Positions 1 through 12,315 of a stretch of 64,000 nt of DNA are shown piece by piece. The translations under genes and the position numbers were made by a program. Under the pieces are notes generated by a model. The model saw nothing but the letters and a program-made list of their open reading frames with translations, searched no databases and was not told the DNA's origin. Position 1 is the first letter of the stretch. Each line of letters begins with the position of its first letter. Source of the DNA: Lama glama (lineage: Eukaryota). The stretch covers positions 53,570,001 to 53,634,000 of the forward strand of contig CM052817.1 of NCBI GenBank assembly GCA_028534125.1, written 5' to 3'.

Positions 1-139
1 GGGGTTCACCTTATTTTACTTCACCTAGATTTGGATATCAGTGGAAAGGACAATCCCCAAGTCCAGGAGGTCTTGCTGATCAAAAATCTCCCACTGGTTT
101 CCCCGTCCACCTCTTGCTCTACTCGTCTATTCACCCACA

Positions 140-742
140 CAATAAGCATCCTGAGTGAGCTTTCAAAAATGCAAATCTGATTATGTTACTTCTGTAACAC
201 AATCACGGCTTTAATACTGCAGTGGGTCCTCACTGCTCAACAATACAGTATAAGGTCTGTAACATCATCAATTAGACCTCCGCTGACTGGGCCTCTGCTA
301 CCACTCCAGCCTCCTCTCTCGCATTCCTCTCTTTTACTTTGTTTTTCAGCTGCACTGAATATTCAGTTCCTCTGAAACAAGTCAAGTTTCCTCTTACCCC
401 TCACAGTCTCACATGCTCAGTCAACAAGAACATTTTTCATCATTCCCCTCCTCCATCTCTTTGCGTCTGTGGCATCTTTACTTGATTAGCCTACTCCTTC
501 AGGTCCAAACTTATCTATCATTTCTTCTGGAAAGTCTTCCCTGACACACCCGGTTTAAACTTGAACTTTGAACTGATGTCATTAAAGCACTCATCACCAC
601 GAATTAATTTGCTTATTTGTTCATATTCTTAACCAGGCTGTAAGCAACACTGTGGATGAAGGGACATTGACTCCTCCATGCCTAAATCAGAGCTTGGTAT
701 TGTGCAGTCATTAAATACCGAGTTGACTGATTGACTGAATAA
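140..742 (+). mobile_element. Decayed L2 LINE 3' fragment
   Basis: L2-like motifs (aaatgcaaatctgattatgttact, ctactccttcaggtcc, ttctggaaagtcttccctgac) ending in a degenerate (tgac/tgaa)n tail near 725-742. Confidence 0.65.
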
Positions 743-1370
743 TAGAATCATTACAGTTTCAATTAATGAGGAACATCTGAGTCATCTTAAAACTCTGACA
801 GTTCTATGAGAAAACCTTGTTTGGGAACTGAAGGATACCTTTAAAGATTTCACAGTTCTTATTTGGCTTTTATTTTGTGAATTTGGGATTTTGGCAGGAG
901 AACCACTTTATAAATAGCTCAGAAGACCTGGATGGCAACTAGAAATATAGGCACAAGGAACTTATCATCATGAGAGAAATGAACCGCCTTCTCCAGCAGA
1001 GAGGAACCTGGACAACTCTAAACCATCAGACCTAGAGGTTAATGGTAGGTGGATTTCAATTACAGCTAAAATTAATAGTCACTGGGACCAGCTAAATTAA
1101 TACTATCTCCTTCCTAATATTGTCAGTTTTTTAGAGGACCAGAAGGAGCTCCCTCTCATTTCATCTTCATAGGCCTCTTCCTAGATCCAGGCACATGTGT
1201 AGTTCTGAAGAAGGAACTCTGATCTGATACTACCTTCCCCCGGAATCCTTCCCTGACCTCTTCTTTCACCTAATTCCTTGTCCATCACCCCTGGCTGGGC
1301 CAGAGTACCTCTGTTCCCATGCTCTTACTACATGTATGTTTACTTCGATCTCCCTCTCTCACCTGGGAAC

Positions 1371-1622
1371 TTTCTTTTTTTTTTTTTAATGTGTTACAGG
1401 TATACAATGTAGTGAGTCTCAATTTTTAAAGGTTATGCTCCATTTATAGTTATTATAGAAAACTGGCTATATTTCCTGTGTTGTACAATATATCCTTGTA
1501 GCTTATTTTACATCTAATAAATATAATATACCTAAGTTTTATACCTACCTTTGTACCTCTCACTCCCCTCTCTATATTGCCCGCCTCACCTTCTCTCTCC
1601 CCACTAGTAACCAGTAGTTTTT
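1371..1622 (-). mobile_element. L1 3' end fragment (cetartiodactyl-type)
   Basis: Poly-T at ~1375-1387 followed by the antisense L1 3' UTR pattern (ggctatatttcctgtgttgtacaatatatccttg ... cccactagtaaccagtagttt). Confidence 0.75.
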
Positions 1623-1729
1623 TAATTTATTGAAATATATCGGTTGATACTTAGGTACATTTAAATGTCTGAAGATCATACTTGAGATTATTAAATTTTA
1701 ATTATGTTACCTATGATTTTTATAATGTA

Positions 1730-1957
1730 GTGGATGGGAGTGTGAATTCTGGAGTTCAGTTGCCTAGGTTCAAATTCAAACTTCGTGACTATGAACAGTG
1801 TGACCTGAAGGAAGTTATTTCAACTATTTCTATCTTAGTTTTCTTACATGAAAAATTGGGATAATATGACCTAACCAACAGAGATGTTTGTAAGCATTAA
1901 ATAAATGGCATGCTAAGCACTCGAAACAGTACATGGCATATAGGACATTCAATGTTA
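1730..1957 (+). mobile_element. MIR SINE
   Basis: MIR core: ctggagttcagttgcctaggttcaaattc ... tgtgacctg ... aaaattgggataata ... acagtacatggcatatagg. Confidence 0.8.
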
Positions 1958-2984
1958 AAATTTCACCTCCACAAGCCATAAAAGACTGAGTAACATTTCT
2001 TAGTAGGATAGAGTTTCTGCCTCTCTTCCTAGTATTTCTCTTCCCCTTTATACATTTTTATATTCTATTATGTGTTGCATAGTGGTTCAGTTTCATGAGA
2101 GATACAGCTGATTTGTGGATGGTACTTTTATAAATATGAATGGCTGTCTTTTTCCAATTTAATGTTTTCTATTTTAAATTCTACTTTGTCTCCTAAGAGT
2201 ATACTGACATCTGCTTTTTTAAAGTTTTTTCTTTAGTTTTCATTTTGGATTTGCTTTATGCATTCTTTGCATTTTAGCTTTCTGTATCATTTTCAACGTA
2301 TGTCTGCAAGTATCACATAGACAGATTTGGATTTGGAACCCATTCCAAGAAACTCTTTGTTGCATAAACAAGTTTAACTTTTTACATTTACTGTCAAAGT
2401 TGATGTATTTCTTTTTCTTTTATATTCTATTGTACTTGCTGTATTTGGGGCTTCCTTGCTCTTTGTTCATTTCATGTTTTATTCTGTGCACAGTGTTCTT
2501 AGATTTTTTCATTCTTATATAATATACATACTATTTTTACTTTTAAAAGGATGTTAAAGTATTAAATTTATATTTAGACTTATAATTCTCAAATCATCAT
2601 CCAGATGAAAAAGTATCCTGATTCCCTGGGAATTACAAAGAAATTCATAGCTACTTCTTGTTTTCTGCGTATATTCAGGATTTTATTATTAACATTTTAC
2701 ATTTATGTAGTTCCATCTCAATAATTATAGTTTTTGAAATTTTTTGGCAGATTACTGTTTTAGTTTTTAGCAGATTACTGTTTCCTCATAACAAAGTGAT
2801 ACACACAAAAATGTTATTTTTTAAATATCTGAAAAAATAAAATAAAATAAAGTAAAAATATCTGTGTAACAAGAATTAGTCTATACTTCAAACTCCCAGT
2901 TCATGCCATTGCAAAAAACTGAATCTAGACATTTAAAAGTAAACTCAGTAACTTCAACTTTAAATAATTTCAACTTTAAAATAT

Positions 2985-3347
2985 GTTGTTAGAGAACTGG
3001 CTTTACTCTTCCTCTTCCCTATGAAGGCATCTAGGAGTAGAATTTCAGGAGGGCAGCAGCTTTATACGGCATCACTGCATCAGGAGCAAGCTGCCCTTGG
3101 GAGTCATTGAAATCCATTTTTGGTTGACATCAGACCTTTTCTATAACAAAAACACATGCTACCATTGTTATTCTCCTGAGGGCACCATGCTAGAGCAACG
3201 TAACCTGACCCCAGAAGACTGTTCACCTTCTGGGCACCACCTGAGAAATGAGGAGGTGTCTCCCCTCTGTTCTCAAAGCCCCATCATCTCAAAGCTACTA
3301 TCACAAACCTCAGCCCTTGGCCTGGTTGAGTATGCAAACTTCTAACG
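2985..3347. mobile_element. Probable ancient ERV/ERVL-type LTR fragment
   Basis: GC-richer block starting with tgttg and ending near ctaac, embedded in AT-rich DNA; LTR-like character, family not resolved. Confidence 0.35.
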
Positions 3348-5044
3348 TTTGCTCTCTTCCCCAATTTGTCCCCTTTCTTTATTGCATCTACAGCAAGAAA
3401 CTTTGTTATTCATAAATTTTTTCTCCCAAATCTATTATTAAGGTATATATTTTGACTCTAGATACCCTGAAGTCAAACTATCACCTACGCCAGAAATTTC
3501 AAAAGTCCATCTGAAAATGAGAAATCTCAAAATAAAAAATCTGATAGTTTGCTCTTTCTATGTGCTTTTCCTTCACAGAGGCCTCGGTACTCAAGAATTT
3601 TCTAGAAAGCAGGACATAAGTAACATATAGAAATGTAAATTACAGGAGCAAAAAATACAACATCAAAATATTAACTCTGTTACCATTTTTATAATAAATA
3701 CATTTACAAACCATTGATTAAAATCTATTTATCTGTTTGTTACTTACTATAAGTCCTTTTATACAACAATTTTTATTTTGGTTTGTCTCTCAATTGACTG
3801 GAGTTTGTCTCTTGTTGATTTCTTTTAAGGTGAATGTTAGAGTACTATATTTGACTATTTAAGAATTTATTTATCTTAGAATCTTTCTCTGTTAGATTCA
3901 CCCACAAGAACAACTAGGAAAATATGTTTTTCCCCACAAGATCTCTGTAGTCTGCTCATTTTGCCTTCTAGAAGTATATATGCAGAGTAGTCAAAGTCTC
4001 TAAACTAAATAAATTGTCACACAAACGGTGAAGAGTGGTCACATATTTGTATGCATTCACAGGCCAAATAAAAATACTTAAAAATACACTGGATAATTGT
4101 TAAGAAAATACAAAATACAGACTCTTCTGAGCCATTCTTAGACAATGCCCCTTTATTAAGCTTGAAGTACCCTTAGTAATTACAGATAGTTAAGATTTCC
4201 CCTCTGCTTAAAGAAAACATTTAAAAATATAAATTGTGACTATATTTTCAAATTAGTTCTACTTATATCCATGTATGCATTTAAATTTCAAATTTAAATG
4301 CAAAAATAAATTGCAAAGCTTACAAAGACTAGTGAAATTTTTTTTCCATATAATGCAATGAAAAGTATTCAGTATAGCTCAGTGTATAATGCTGCTAATA
4401 ACAAAAAGAGATAGGCCAGCTCATTAAACCTGTCCTACATGGAGTCATGGAGTTAGGATTGAATGCTATCATTGCTATCATTTACAAAAATGGGTCAGAA
4501 CACTTTCCTTTATTTGAAGGACACAATCATAAGCAAAAACCCATTTTGTCTACCCTTCATCAAGGTGAAAGATCTGCTCAAATCCAAATCTGCTCAAATA
4601 CATAAAGGGAAAATAGGAAAAAAGAAAAGTACTCACAGAGGACTGAAAATAATGTGGTAATGCTTCAGTGCTTTTAACTTATCTGAATACTTACCATGTT
4701 TTCTTAAGAAAACTCCCAAATACAAAATTTTAGAAATAAAAGCTATGAGATTTCCTTCTAAGAGGTTGAAATGGACACAAATGTCTACTTTCCTCTGAGT
4801 TTCCTATGCAAATGATCAGAAAAAGGCAAAAAACAAAATAAAACCTACAACACTAAAAACTAATTAATGGATCCATTCATATTCCTAACAACTCAAAATA
4901 TTATTTTCCTATGTTGTGATTACGGGACAATTATTACTTTGTAATGCAATGTACTATGGGCAGACCCTTAATTTACCACCCAAAACAATAGAGATTGTTT
5001 TTAGCAAATAACCTATTACTCAGAAAAAAATTAATGGGTCCAAT

Positions 5045-5535
5045 ATTTGAATCAGAGATGCTGTTGGCTGTAAGTTATGGAATAAACTATTCAAACAATT
5101 AAATAAGTATTTATTGTAAATAACAAGTCTAAAGGTAGGTAGTATAAAGGTTGGTTCCATGTTTCAATGTCACTAAGACACGGAGCTGGATGCTGTTTTC
5201 AGGCTGTGGCTTTGTGGTTCCAAGATTGACGTTGCATGTCTTTGTATCACATGCTTGAACAACAACACCCAAAGAAAGTAAGTTAAGGTTCTATCCTCAT
5301 AGCACTATTTTTTTTTTTAATCAAGGAGAGTAGCAGAAGAATGTGTACATGCACACGCATGCACACAATTCTGCTTGTTTATCTTTTTGGCCAGCACTAT
5401 GGCCTAGCTTTACTGCAAGGGAGGCCAGAAAATGAGATCTGACACTTGTACTCTTTATAATGAGAGGCAAACTTTGGCAGGAAGTAAAAATAGAGAAAGG
5501 GAATGGTTAGATTGTCAAAGCACAGTGTCACTGTT
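5045..5535 (-). mobile_element. Old MaLR LTR (MLT1J/K/L-like)
   Basis: ttggctgtaagt ... aagtctaaaggtagg ... gtggttccaagattg ... tttactgcaagggaggccagaaaatgag resembles antisense old MLT1. Confidence 0.6.
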
Positions 5536-5699
5536 TCATTATCTCATCAAATTATAGAATTTAATCAAATTTTTAGGTTAACCAAATAATATAATGGATT
5601 AAGTGTTGAATCTATCAAAATATAGATTCTATGGGGTTTTACTTAGTTTCTTTGAAAGCGAAAGTTTAATTCTGAGGAAGTAAAAACTTCTTGCTTGAA

Positions 5700-6650
5700 A
5701 TCATATGTATATATAATCAAATAGATTATTCAGTAACATTAACCTTTATAGTTTAAGTACAAAATGTATCAACTGTCATATCCCCCAAAGGAACATCAAA
5801 ACTCTGTCATCCTAGCCAGGTTAAGTTTCTTAGAGTTTTGACTGTTAAGAGACAATGCCACTTTGACAGTCCTAACTGCATATCATAAGAGAGAACTCAA
5901 AGATGGATACTTACAAAATTTGGGAGACCAGGTTCAAAGTTCAAGACAAGAAATTGATTGGTATTGAGCATAGAATGTGATGTAATAACTTAGAATTGGT
6001 GGATATAGCACAGTGTGGGTTTTGATGAGTAAACACCTATATGACATGTGAGCTTTTTACACCAGTGATCATTTTATTTTCCTGACACGAGAGCTATTTG
6101 CCCAGAGGAGCAAACTGTTTGCCTGGATAAATTGGTTTACAGCAATTTCCTCAAGTAAATAGTGGAGTCATTTTTCAGTTTACACTCTTACCATCCTAGA
6201 CAAGAGCTTTTGGGGAATTGTGTAATATTATCATATATAGCCTCAGTTCTCTATCTGCCCTTGTAATTCTTACACCTGTACTGAACAACAAATCAATATC
6301 ATCTAGGGATATCATCAACCCAAGACTGGACCACTCTTTGTGGAGCATGAGTACATAGCAAGTTTCTGGTTGTGGTCATTTCAATCTCTGAAGTTAGATT
6401 TTCCCATTCTTTTCAGTATATGATTGTTTGGGGACAGTGGCTGTATAACAGTATTTAAGACTCTGGAGATCATACATTTGAGTCCTACAACATAGTGAAT
6501 ACTAAGAAAAGATCATGATTAGAGTTTAAGTTTTCTTCTAGGCCAGGGGGTAAGAATACCCAAATTAAACCAAGGGAATATATACTTTGACCAATCTAAA
6601 AAGCCCATAGAATGAGATATCAGGGTATTTACAAAAGCACAGTTATCATC
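5700..6650 (-). mobile_element. Probable ERV1-class internal 3' fragment with a decayed env TM region
   Basis: Minus-strand translation of ~6420-6605 gives FLDWSKYIFPWFNLGILTPWPRRKL, then after frameshift/stops KCMISRVLNTVIQPL, resembling the membrane-proximal region and cytoplasmic tail of gamma-type Env; left boundary is a guess. Confidence 0.45.
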
Positions 6651-6705
6651 TTATGTGTGTACATGTGTATTATCTTTGTGTATATAAATATATATGTATT
6701 ATGAA

Positions 6706-8375
6706 TGTTATGGGCTGAACTGTGTCTCCACAAAATTCAAATATTGCAGTCCTGACCCTTAGTACCTCAAAATGTGACTATGATTAAAGACAGGGTCTTA
6801 AAAGTGGTAATCAGGTTAAAATGAGATCATTAGACTTTGCCAATGCCACTCCCATCAGCCCCACTCCCCCTGCCAGCTATCCTTCATGCACTAGGCATCC
6901 AATGAGATGCTCCAGGCACCAGAGGAGCGGACCTAGGCAGAGCAATGGTGGCCAGGCTCAGATTGGGGCTGTTGCTTCTGGCATTGCTCTTCCCTACACA
7001 GATCTATTCAAATCAAATAACTATTATTTTAACACTCTCAAGTAACTCCTCCCAGCATACCTCAGCCACAGCAAATCCAGCTATTGTCACCACCAAAGCA
7101 AGTGACGGTGCTCTGCTGTCAACTGCCAGTCTCTTCATGATCTCGGTCTCCCTTTCACATCACTACTATTAGCAGACTCAGGCCAAGAAACCTATATTTT
7201 CCCGTCTTCTAAACCCAATTCAGATGGCATCTAGTTGACCAGTGTGACAAGAAAAAAACAGGTCTTCGTTGAATGAATCTGCTGATTCCACACCTTATTT
7301 TATTGACAGAAAATGTTGAGGATGCCAAATTTGATTGGTTTGAAGAGCAGGTGAAGGAATTGACTAGATGATGAATGCCAATATTAAGTCTGTTGGAGTT
7401 TCCTGTACAAGATGGAGAGACAATGGCTAAAATTAGTTGAGATGATTTACTTAAATGTGGTTTAAGAAGTATGGACACATTAAACTCTACTTTGAAAATG
7501 AGAAAAGATTTTATCTCCCTTAGAGATAAAGAATGGGATGTGGAACAGAGATTCAGTTTTCATTTGGTTCATTAAATTTATAAGGCCATAACAATAATTA
7601 ATACAGAAAGAGCTTCCATGATTCTATTTATATATACGTGAGAAGGAACTTTCAGGTGTTACTGTAAATCCTCAATGCATCATTTCAGCAGTACTAATGT
7701 AATGACAATCTACTCTAGAAAAAATTTTACATTAAGCTATCACTGTTTTCTTGGGAACTGAGCTCTTTCCTCTGAGGATCTGGATTTGACATTGCATTTG
7801 ACTTTATATATAGTAATCAATATGTGCCAGGGCACTGATGGGTTGGAATCTACTCCAAATCCAAGCATAATGAGTACCTCTTGCTTATATACTTATCAAC
7901 TACTCTTATTCAATAAGAGCACTAGATTCTTTTAGCTAAACTGATAACAGAGTCAAAGTACATTGACCTCAACTAATTTCAAAATGCTTTCTATTTCTGC
8001 ATCTGTTGAATACTTTTTACAGTTTAAAAAATTCTCTTTTGGAAGTGAAATTGGCAAATCTTGACATTAAAAAGGCAAATTTTGAAATTAAAAAGGCAAA
8101 TATTAAACAAATAAATCATTAGAGTGGGCCCTAATAAAAATGGCGTCCTTGTAAGAAGAGGAGATTTGAACATAAACACAGAGGAAAGATCATGTGAGGA
8201 CACAGGGAAAAGATGGCCATCTACAAGCCAACAGGAGAGGCCTCAGAAGAAATCATCCCTATTGACACCTTGATCTTGAAACTTTTGCTTCCAGAATTGT
8301 GAGAAAATAAATTTATGTTATTTAAACCACCCAGTATGTAATAGCTTATTACAGCAGCCCTAGCAAACTAATACA
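6706..8375 (+). mobile_element. MLT1A/B-type MaLR solo LTR split in two (6706-6834 and 8115-8375) by the CD24 retrocopy
   Basis: Starts tgttatgggctgaactgtgtc, ends ccctagcaaactaataca; the two halves join into a sequence colinear with the intact MLT1 copies at 39326 and 63031; AATAAA at 8306-8311. Confidence 0.9.
6835..8114 (+). pseudogene. CD24: CD24 processed retrocopy (5' UTR, intronless CDS, ~0.94 kb of 3' UTR)
   Basis: ORF 6945-7172 ([22 protein letters not shown]...SSNSSQ...[27 protein letters not shown]) matches the CD24 precursor. No intron at TQ|IY. The canonical first ATG is replaced by CTA (6933-6935) before GGC AGA GCA ATG. Flanked by the direct repeat atcattaga (6826-6834, 8115-8123). 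Confidence 0.93.
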
Positions 8376-9102
8376 TTGATATTTTTCTTGTAACTCTTGA
8401 ACCAAGTGTTTTCTAAATATAGTTTATTCTTACTTACTATCTTTATCCAAAGTAAGCCAATTTTATTTTTCCAAAATTAATAAAAGCAGAAAGCCAAAAA
8501 TATTATTTCATAAGCATAAATCTACCAGATTAGTAAGTTTTAAGGTAGATCACTTAAAGGCAATTGCATATACTTTTACTATACAACCATTCTATAATAT
8601 ACAAAAATAAAGGATAGATATAAGAAAGAACTCATGACCAGTGTTTTGCATCTTTTTCTTCTTAGAAATTATTCAAGTATCCAAAGGTTAAATTATTAAC
8701 TCAATAAAATATTAGTCTAAGACCTTAAGTAACAGTTTAGAAATTAAGTGAATACATCATCTATATCACTGGTAATATAAGTATTCAATGGTTTAACCAC
8801 TTTTAATAGTTACTCATTATTACAAGTTATTTTAGTTAAGTAAAACTGTCTGTCTGTAATATTAAAACAGACAGCTCAACTCATATTTTATATATAATAC
8901 ATAGTATAATGTTACATAATACAATATAAAATTTTTGCATGTTTAACTCATAAGAAATTAAACTCAAGGCATGTCCAAATAAAATATTGTGTTAAGATAT
9001 GGTGGTAAATCAGGGAGAAGATACCAAGTTGTCTGACTAAGCTAAAAGAATTTTAAGAATTTTATCTCTTGTTTTGGAATATCACAAGAACTCAGGATCC
9101 TA

Positions 9103-9800
9103 CAGTCCCACCAGCAATGCGTGAGAGATTGTTTCTCTGCATCCTCATCAGTATTTGCAATTGTCACTATTTTTTGTTTTAGCTCTTCCAATAAGTATGT
9201 CATTTTGGTTTAAATTTTTATTTCCCTAATGGTCAGTGATGTTGAACATTTTTTCATTTACTTATTTGCCATCTTTATACCCTTTTCAGTGAAGTGTTTC
9301 TTTATGCTCTTTGCCCACTTTCTATTTGGCATGGCTTGCAGGTTTTTTGTTTGTTTACTGTTGAGTTTTAAGAGGTCTGTGTATGTTCTGAATATGAATC
9401 TTCATCAGATACACAGTTTACAACTCTCTTCTCTGTCTGTAGCTTGCCTTGTAATCTTAAACAGCCTTTCTCAGAACAAATGGTTTTAATTCTGATGAAG
9501 TCTAATTATCGATTTCTTTTGTCTTATCATGCTTCTGCTATGACCAAGAACACTTGATCAAGTTACAGTTTTTCCCCTGTGTTATCTTCTAAAGGTTTAA
9601 GAGTTTTGAGTTAACTATTTTGAGTTAGTTTTTGGATAAGGTGTGAGGTACGGATCAACCTTTATTATTTTTGTCTATAGAGGTTTAATTACTTCAGCAC
9701 CATTTGTTGAAAAGACTAGCCTTTCTCCACTGAATTGCTATTGCACTTTTCTTAAACATTAAAATCAGCATTTGCAGGAGTCTATTTCTGGTCTAAAGTT
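9103..9800 (-). mobile_element. L1M fragment (ORF2 3' region), antisense
   Basis: cccaccagcaatg, gatgttgaacattttttcatttacttatttgccatc and cagcaccatttgttgaaaagact are characteristic antisense L1 motifs. Confidence 0.85.
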
Positions 9801-10749
9801 CTTTTAAATAAATTACTGGAATTGGTATTAATTTTCCCACTAGTTTTGTTACTCTGGTAAAAGTTTTTAGTGTCTGCATTTTATATCATTACTTTCTAAT
9901 ATAACCTGTTTACCATTAATAAAAAGTACATTTGAGCATTGGAACTTATTTTAAATATTTATTCAAACATTTTCTTGATCACTCTCCCATCTTCTTTATC
10001 CAAATAATAAAATAGAAATTGTATTCTACAACATTAGATTATATTCACAACATAAAAATGCTGTTCTCTAATTAGATGAAATATTCAAAACAGTGATTGA
10101 GAAAGCTTTCCTATTCTACTGGAATTATATGGTATCATTTGGAACATCATGTAATTAAACATCAGAAATGAGCTATTGTTGAAATGAGAACATTGTCTAA
10201 ATGAATAATCTTTACTTACACAATTCTTTGCAATGTTCAAACATTGGCCATAAAATTTTGGCCTTGTAAAAATGATCTGGAATGTACTTTTTTCCTATTT
10301 AACTCTATACAGAATGAACTTTAAGAGGAAAGATAAATTGTTTCATTGACAATTAACATAGGGCAACTTTAACTGAATTACTTTAAGGAAAGAATAGCCA
10401 GTACCATTAAAATCATCAAGTTTTATCTCGATTCCCCAGCAATTTATAAAGTTAATACTGTCTAAACTCTCCACAGGGGAGAAGAGAGGCCAGATGTTTA
10501 AGCACTGGCTTTCTCTTTTCCACCAAGTACATTCGCTTAATATATTGTTGATTGATGCTCAAGTTTTAAATTCTCCTTATAAAGAGTTCAGACTTAACAA
10601 ATAGCTACTCATTCTTTGAGTCTGAGTCAGTGCGAAGCTAAATTAATAGTCTATTAAACATGAGTGCCTTTTACGCGAGTCCTTAACTTCATATATCAGG
10701 ATTAGAAATATAAACTGGGACAATTCTTTCAATTATCACCATATTCACC

Positions 10750-11244
10750 TGTGACAGCTAATTTTATGTGTTAATTTGACTGGCCATGGTGTACCAGATT
10801 AAACATTATTTCTGGGTGTGTCTGTGAGAGTGTTTCTGAGTGAGATTAGCATTTGAAATTGTGGATTCAATAGACTGCCCTCTCCTGTGTAGGTCAGCAA
10901 CCTCCAATCCATTGAGGGCCTAAACAAAACAAAAGGTGAAGGAAGAAGGAATTTGCCCTTTTTTCTAGACCCCTGCTTGAGCTAGGACATCACATCTCAT
11001 CTCTTCTGGCCCTTGGACTGGCATTTATAAACATCAGCTCTCTTGGTTTTCAGGCCTTCAGATTCAGACTGAATTATGCCACTGGCTTTTAGGAATCTTG
11101 AGTCTACAGATGGTAGACTGGGGAAATACACAACATTCAAAACCTCATGAGCCAGTTCCTCATAATCCTGCTCTCCTCTCCCTCCTGCCCTCTTTCCCCT
11201 CTCAGAACAGGATTCTGCTTCTCTAGAGGACTCTAACAAATACA
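10750..11244 (+). mobile_element. MLT2-type ERVL solo LTR
   Basis: TG...CA termini; aattttatgtgttaatttgactgg, aacattatttctgggtgtgtctgtgag, ccaatccattgagggcct, ttctgcttctctagaggactctaacaaataca. Confidence 0.88.
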
Positions 11245-11489
11245 TTGCCCTTCTCAAATCACCCCCAACTGTTGCAAGTTCCAGGCTAAGTTATGTAAGC
11301 TCTTCCTTTACATCATAAATGCATACGGTAAAAAAGAATTGAAGTGTTTATTTCATTAAGAGCTCATATTCTTCTTCAGTACCATATGGCTAAAGAAACT
11401 CTCAGTACCTTTTCTTAAACAGATTTGATTACTGTTTCATAGAATTAGAGACCTGGAAGGATCTCAGTTATTTCATTACAATTATGGTT

Positions 11490-11640
11490 ATATTAACTGT
11501 GCCAGGCACTGTCCCATGGCCCTTCCATGTACTTGACAGGTGAATAGATGGCGTACCCAAGGTCACACTGTTAATAAATGACAAAGCCAGTTTTGCACAG
11601 GGAACCCTTCTCCAGAGCTCTTATCCTCAAACCATATGCC
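11490..11640 (-). mobile_element. MIR SINE fragment
   Basis: actgtgccaggcactgt ... cccaaggtcacactgttaataaatgacaaagcca. Confidence 0.6.
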
Positions 11641-11952
11641 TCATATGCCTCAAACCCTATCATCTCTGGTGGAAACTTCTCCTTTTATGGACATGAATCA
11701 ACCCCTATCAACAATTTGAATTTTTCATTTTTGTAGCAGTTTGTTAGTATTAATATCAAAAACTCTTTGTATTTTACCTCAGTACAGCATGTTAGAAACT
11801 ACTTAATACAATTTTGAGTCATTTGTTTTATAAGTAACTATAATTAAAATATTTGAACTTAATTATCTTAATTTTTACAAGGATTAAAACTCAAGTTAAG
11901 TTACTGTAAATCAGAAATCTGCAATGACGTGAATCATTCCAATGATCTAAGG

Positions 11953-12131
11953 ATACACATACACCCATACCCACACACACATACACACCCAGAGTTGCCA
12001 TCATTGTACCCATCCCTCTATGTATGCCATATATGTATGTGTGTGTATGAACATACACAGCACATGCATACATGTACATTGTATGTACATGTACATCATA
12101 TACACATACATATTTTATACACACACACACA
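11953..12131. repeat. Degenerate (CA/TA/TG)n low-complexity tract
   Basis: Alternating purine-pyrimidine runs; explains the overlapping His/Thr/Tyr/Val/Cys-rich ORFs. Confidence 0.85.
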
Positions 12132-12176
12132 TCCCTAAATGGAGAAGTAGTACCAATCATGGCATATTTTCTAAAT

Positions 12177-12315
12177 CAGTCATCCCTCGGTATTCACGGG
12201 GGATTGGTTCCAGGAAGCCTCTGCGGGGACCAAAATCCATGGATGTTCAAGTCCCTCATATAAAATGGCAGAGTACAGCCAGCCTTCCATATCTGTGGGT
12301 TTGGAAGAGATTGGC
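12177..12315 (+). mobile_element. MER2/Tigger-family DNA transposon MITE fragment
   Basis: cagtcatccctcggtattcacgggggattggttccagga ... accaaaatccatggatgttcaagtccctcatataaaatggc matches the MER2-type left end. Confidence 0.8.

Noticed and set aside
6945..7172. Calling this the functional CD24 gene
   Set aside because: It has no intron, the first ATG is lost, there is no CpG island, and it is flanked by a TSD inside an LTR, so it is a retrocopy.
6821..7478. Overlapping ORFs 6821-7045 (+) and 7209-7478 (-)
   Set aside because: They are alternative-frame or antisense readings of the CD24 retrocopy UTR/CDS with no recognisable protein.
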